In this document: in pieces, positions 63,374 through 64,000 of the stretch
Layout of the letters: each line of letters begins with the position of its first letter
How positions within the stretch are numbered: position 1 is the first letter of the stretch
From: Candidatus Limiplasma sp.
Lineage (GTDB): Bacteria > Bacillota > Clostridia > Christensenellales > Aristaeellaceae
DNA length: 64,000 nt
Assembly: GCA_963674895.2 (NCBI GenBank)
Contig: CAXXCY010000001.1
Span: 189,567 to 253,566, forward strand
Direction: 5' to 3'
Program-made: the position numbers and the translations under genes
The notes under the pieces: model-generated
What the model was told of the DNA's origin: nothing
Database searches by the model: none
Seen by the model: the letters and a program-made list of their open reading frames with translations, nothing else

Positions 63374-63607
63374 GTCGTCCATACGGTTCATGGCTCAGTA
63401 TCCCAGAGTTTCTGGAAATTATTTCTGGGCGCCACAAAAAATAGCCCTATGCGGCGCTGTCGTTGCAGCAGGCGGAACAAGGAATGAATATTCAAGGAAA
63501 CGGCATTCGGATCATCAGCCGCTGGTTTGCCGATTGCGATTGAACAAGACGTATGGCATACGAAAGAATAGCGCGGCGGCGGCCTGCGTTCAAACAGCCT
63601 ATGAAGT

Positions 63608-64000
63608 TTACGGCGTGCCTTTTGCCACGGCGCGCAGGGCGCAGGTTACGGGCTCCAATCCTTGCGCGGTACATGTGAGGGCAAATTCACCCGGCTGCCC
63701 GGGCGCGCGGAGCACGCCGTAAGCCAGGCCGCGGTAGGTGGAGCGGGCGGTGGATTTGGGCAGCGTATGATCGGCGGGATTGCCGTTGTCCATACCCAAA
63801 AGCGTGCCGCCCGAGAGCGTGGCACGGATATCGGTATCAGCATCCGGAACGACGGTTCCGTTGATATCCAGCAGCGCGATTTCAAACTGGCACACGGAGC
63901 GTCCGTCGGCGGGAAGCGTATCCTGGTCCGGTGTTACCCGCAGTCTGGCGGGTTTGCCCGCGTGTCTCACAGTTTTTCGGATGATCTCGTTACCCGCGTT
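63608..64000 (-). CDS. glycoside hydrolase, C-terminal fragment (GH2-type beta-galactosidase Ig-like/DUF4982-like tail; 5' end outside window)
   Basis: Frame is open to the right edge. LLGMDNGNPADHTLPKSTARSTYRGLAYGVLRAPGQPGEFALTCTAQGL resembles the conserved C-terminal domain of GH2 enzymes (VDNGD...F.G.....V). Confidence 0.5.
   Translation of the reverse strand, partial: NAGNEIIRKTVRHAGKPARLRVTPDQDTLPADGRSVCQFEIALLDINGTVVPDADTDIRATLSGGTLLGMDNGNPADHTLPKSTARSTYRGLAYGVLRAPGQPGEFALTCTAQGLEPVTCALRAVAKGTP

Noticed and set aside
63105-63722. 205-aa plus-strand ORF across the EPS leader and the end of the GH2-like gene
   Set aside because: It has no domain, a biased composition, and overlaps the well-supported C-terminus of the glycosidase on the other strand.
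1-64000. Scan for CRISPR arrays, rRNA/tRNA genes, tandem repeats and IS elements
   Set aside because: I found no regularly spaced direct repeats, no cloverleaf-compatible conserved tRNA boxes in the intergenic regions, and no transposase-like ORFs. Absence was judged by eye only, so tRNAscan-SE, Infernal and ISfinder should confirm it.

Overview
This 64-kb chromosomal window contains no rRNA, tRNA, CRISPR array or intact IS/prophage gene that I could see. Gene content (YesM/YesN-type two-component systems, CUT1/CUT2 sugar ABC systems, EtfAB, Wzx/Wzy locus) and composition suggest a high-GC Clostridia-like Firmicute, but that is inference only.

Positions 1-39 kb are GC-rich (one spot-counted 60-nt line, 17401-17460, is 67% GC) and packed with carbohydrate uptake and catabolism genes:
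- A CUT2 ABC importer tail plus FucU.
- An RpiB-like isomerase.
- A lactonase co-transcribed with a YesMN sensor pair and a CUT1 ABC importer.
- An SDR / KDPG-aldolase / DgoD-like dehydratase trio.
- A small, less GC-rich insertion carrying an M28 peptidase, flanked by two truncated gene ends.
- An 11-gene minus-strand operon combining a COG2407 isomerase, class II aldolase, PfkB kinase, mutarotase, DUF4867, a GlcD-like FAD oxidase, an Fe-S protein, an FGGY kinase, EtfBA and an IolB-like isomerase.
- A Gfo/Idh/MocA + ThuA pair.
- A second YesMN + CUT1 ABC module.
- Two xylose-isomerase-fold TIM-barrel genes and an RpiR regulator.

Positions 39.3-63 kb are a minus-strand Wzx/Wzy-type polysaccharide locus. 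It holds a priming phosphoglycosyltransferase, rfbD, rfbC, seven glycosyltransferases, Wzx, Wzy, an acetyltransferase, two SDR epimerases, glf, a second RmlC-like gene and a Wzz-like gene. Its coding sequence is AT-rich (line 50041-50100 is 38% GC), yet several of its intergenic spacers are GC-rich (60-65%). The window ends in the 3' part of a GH2-type glycosidase.

The most interesting candidates are:
1. A kinase/nucleotidyltransferase module inside the polysaccharide locus.
2. The composite Etf-linked sugar operon with an IolB/IolC/IolJ-like core but no IolD/IolA.
3. A glycoside-hydrolase-free uptake locus built around Gfo/Idh/MocA, ThuA and TIM-barrel enzymes.
4. The inverted composition of spacers versus genes in the EPS locus.
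5. A Wzz-like protein with a degenerate kinase-like tail and an intragenic GC step.

All functional calls rest on motif and family recognition by eye. No database search was run.
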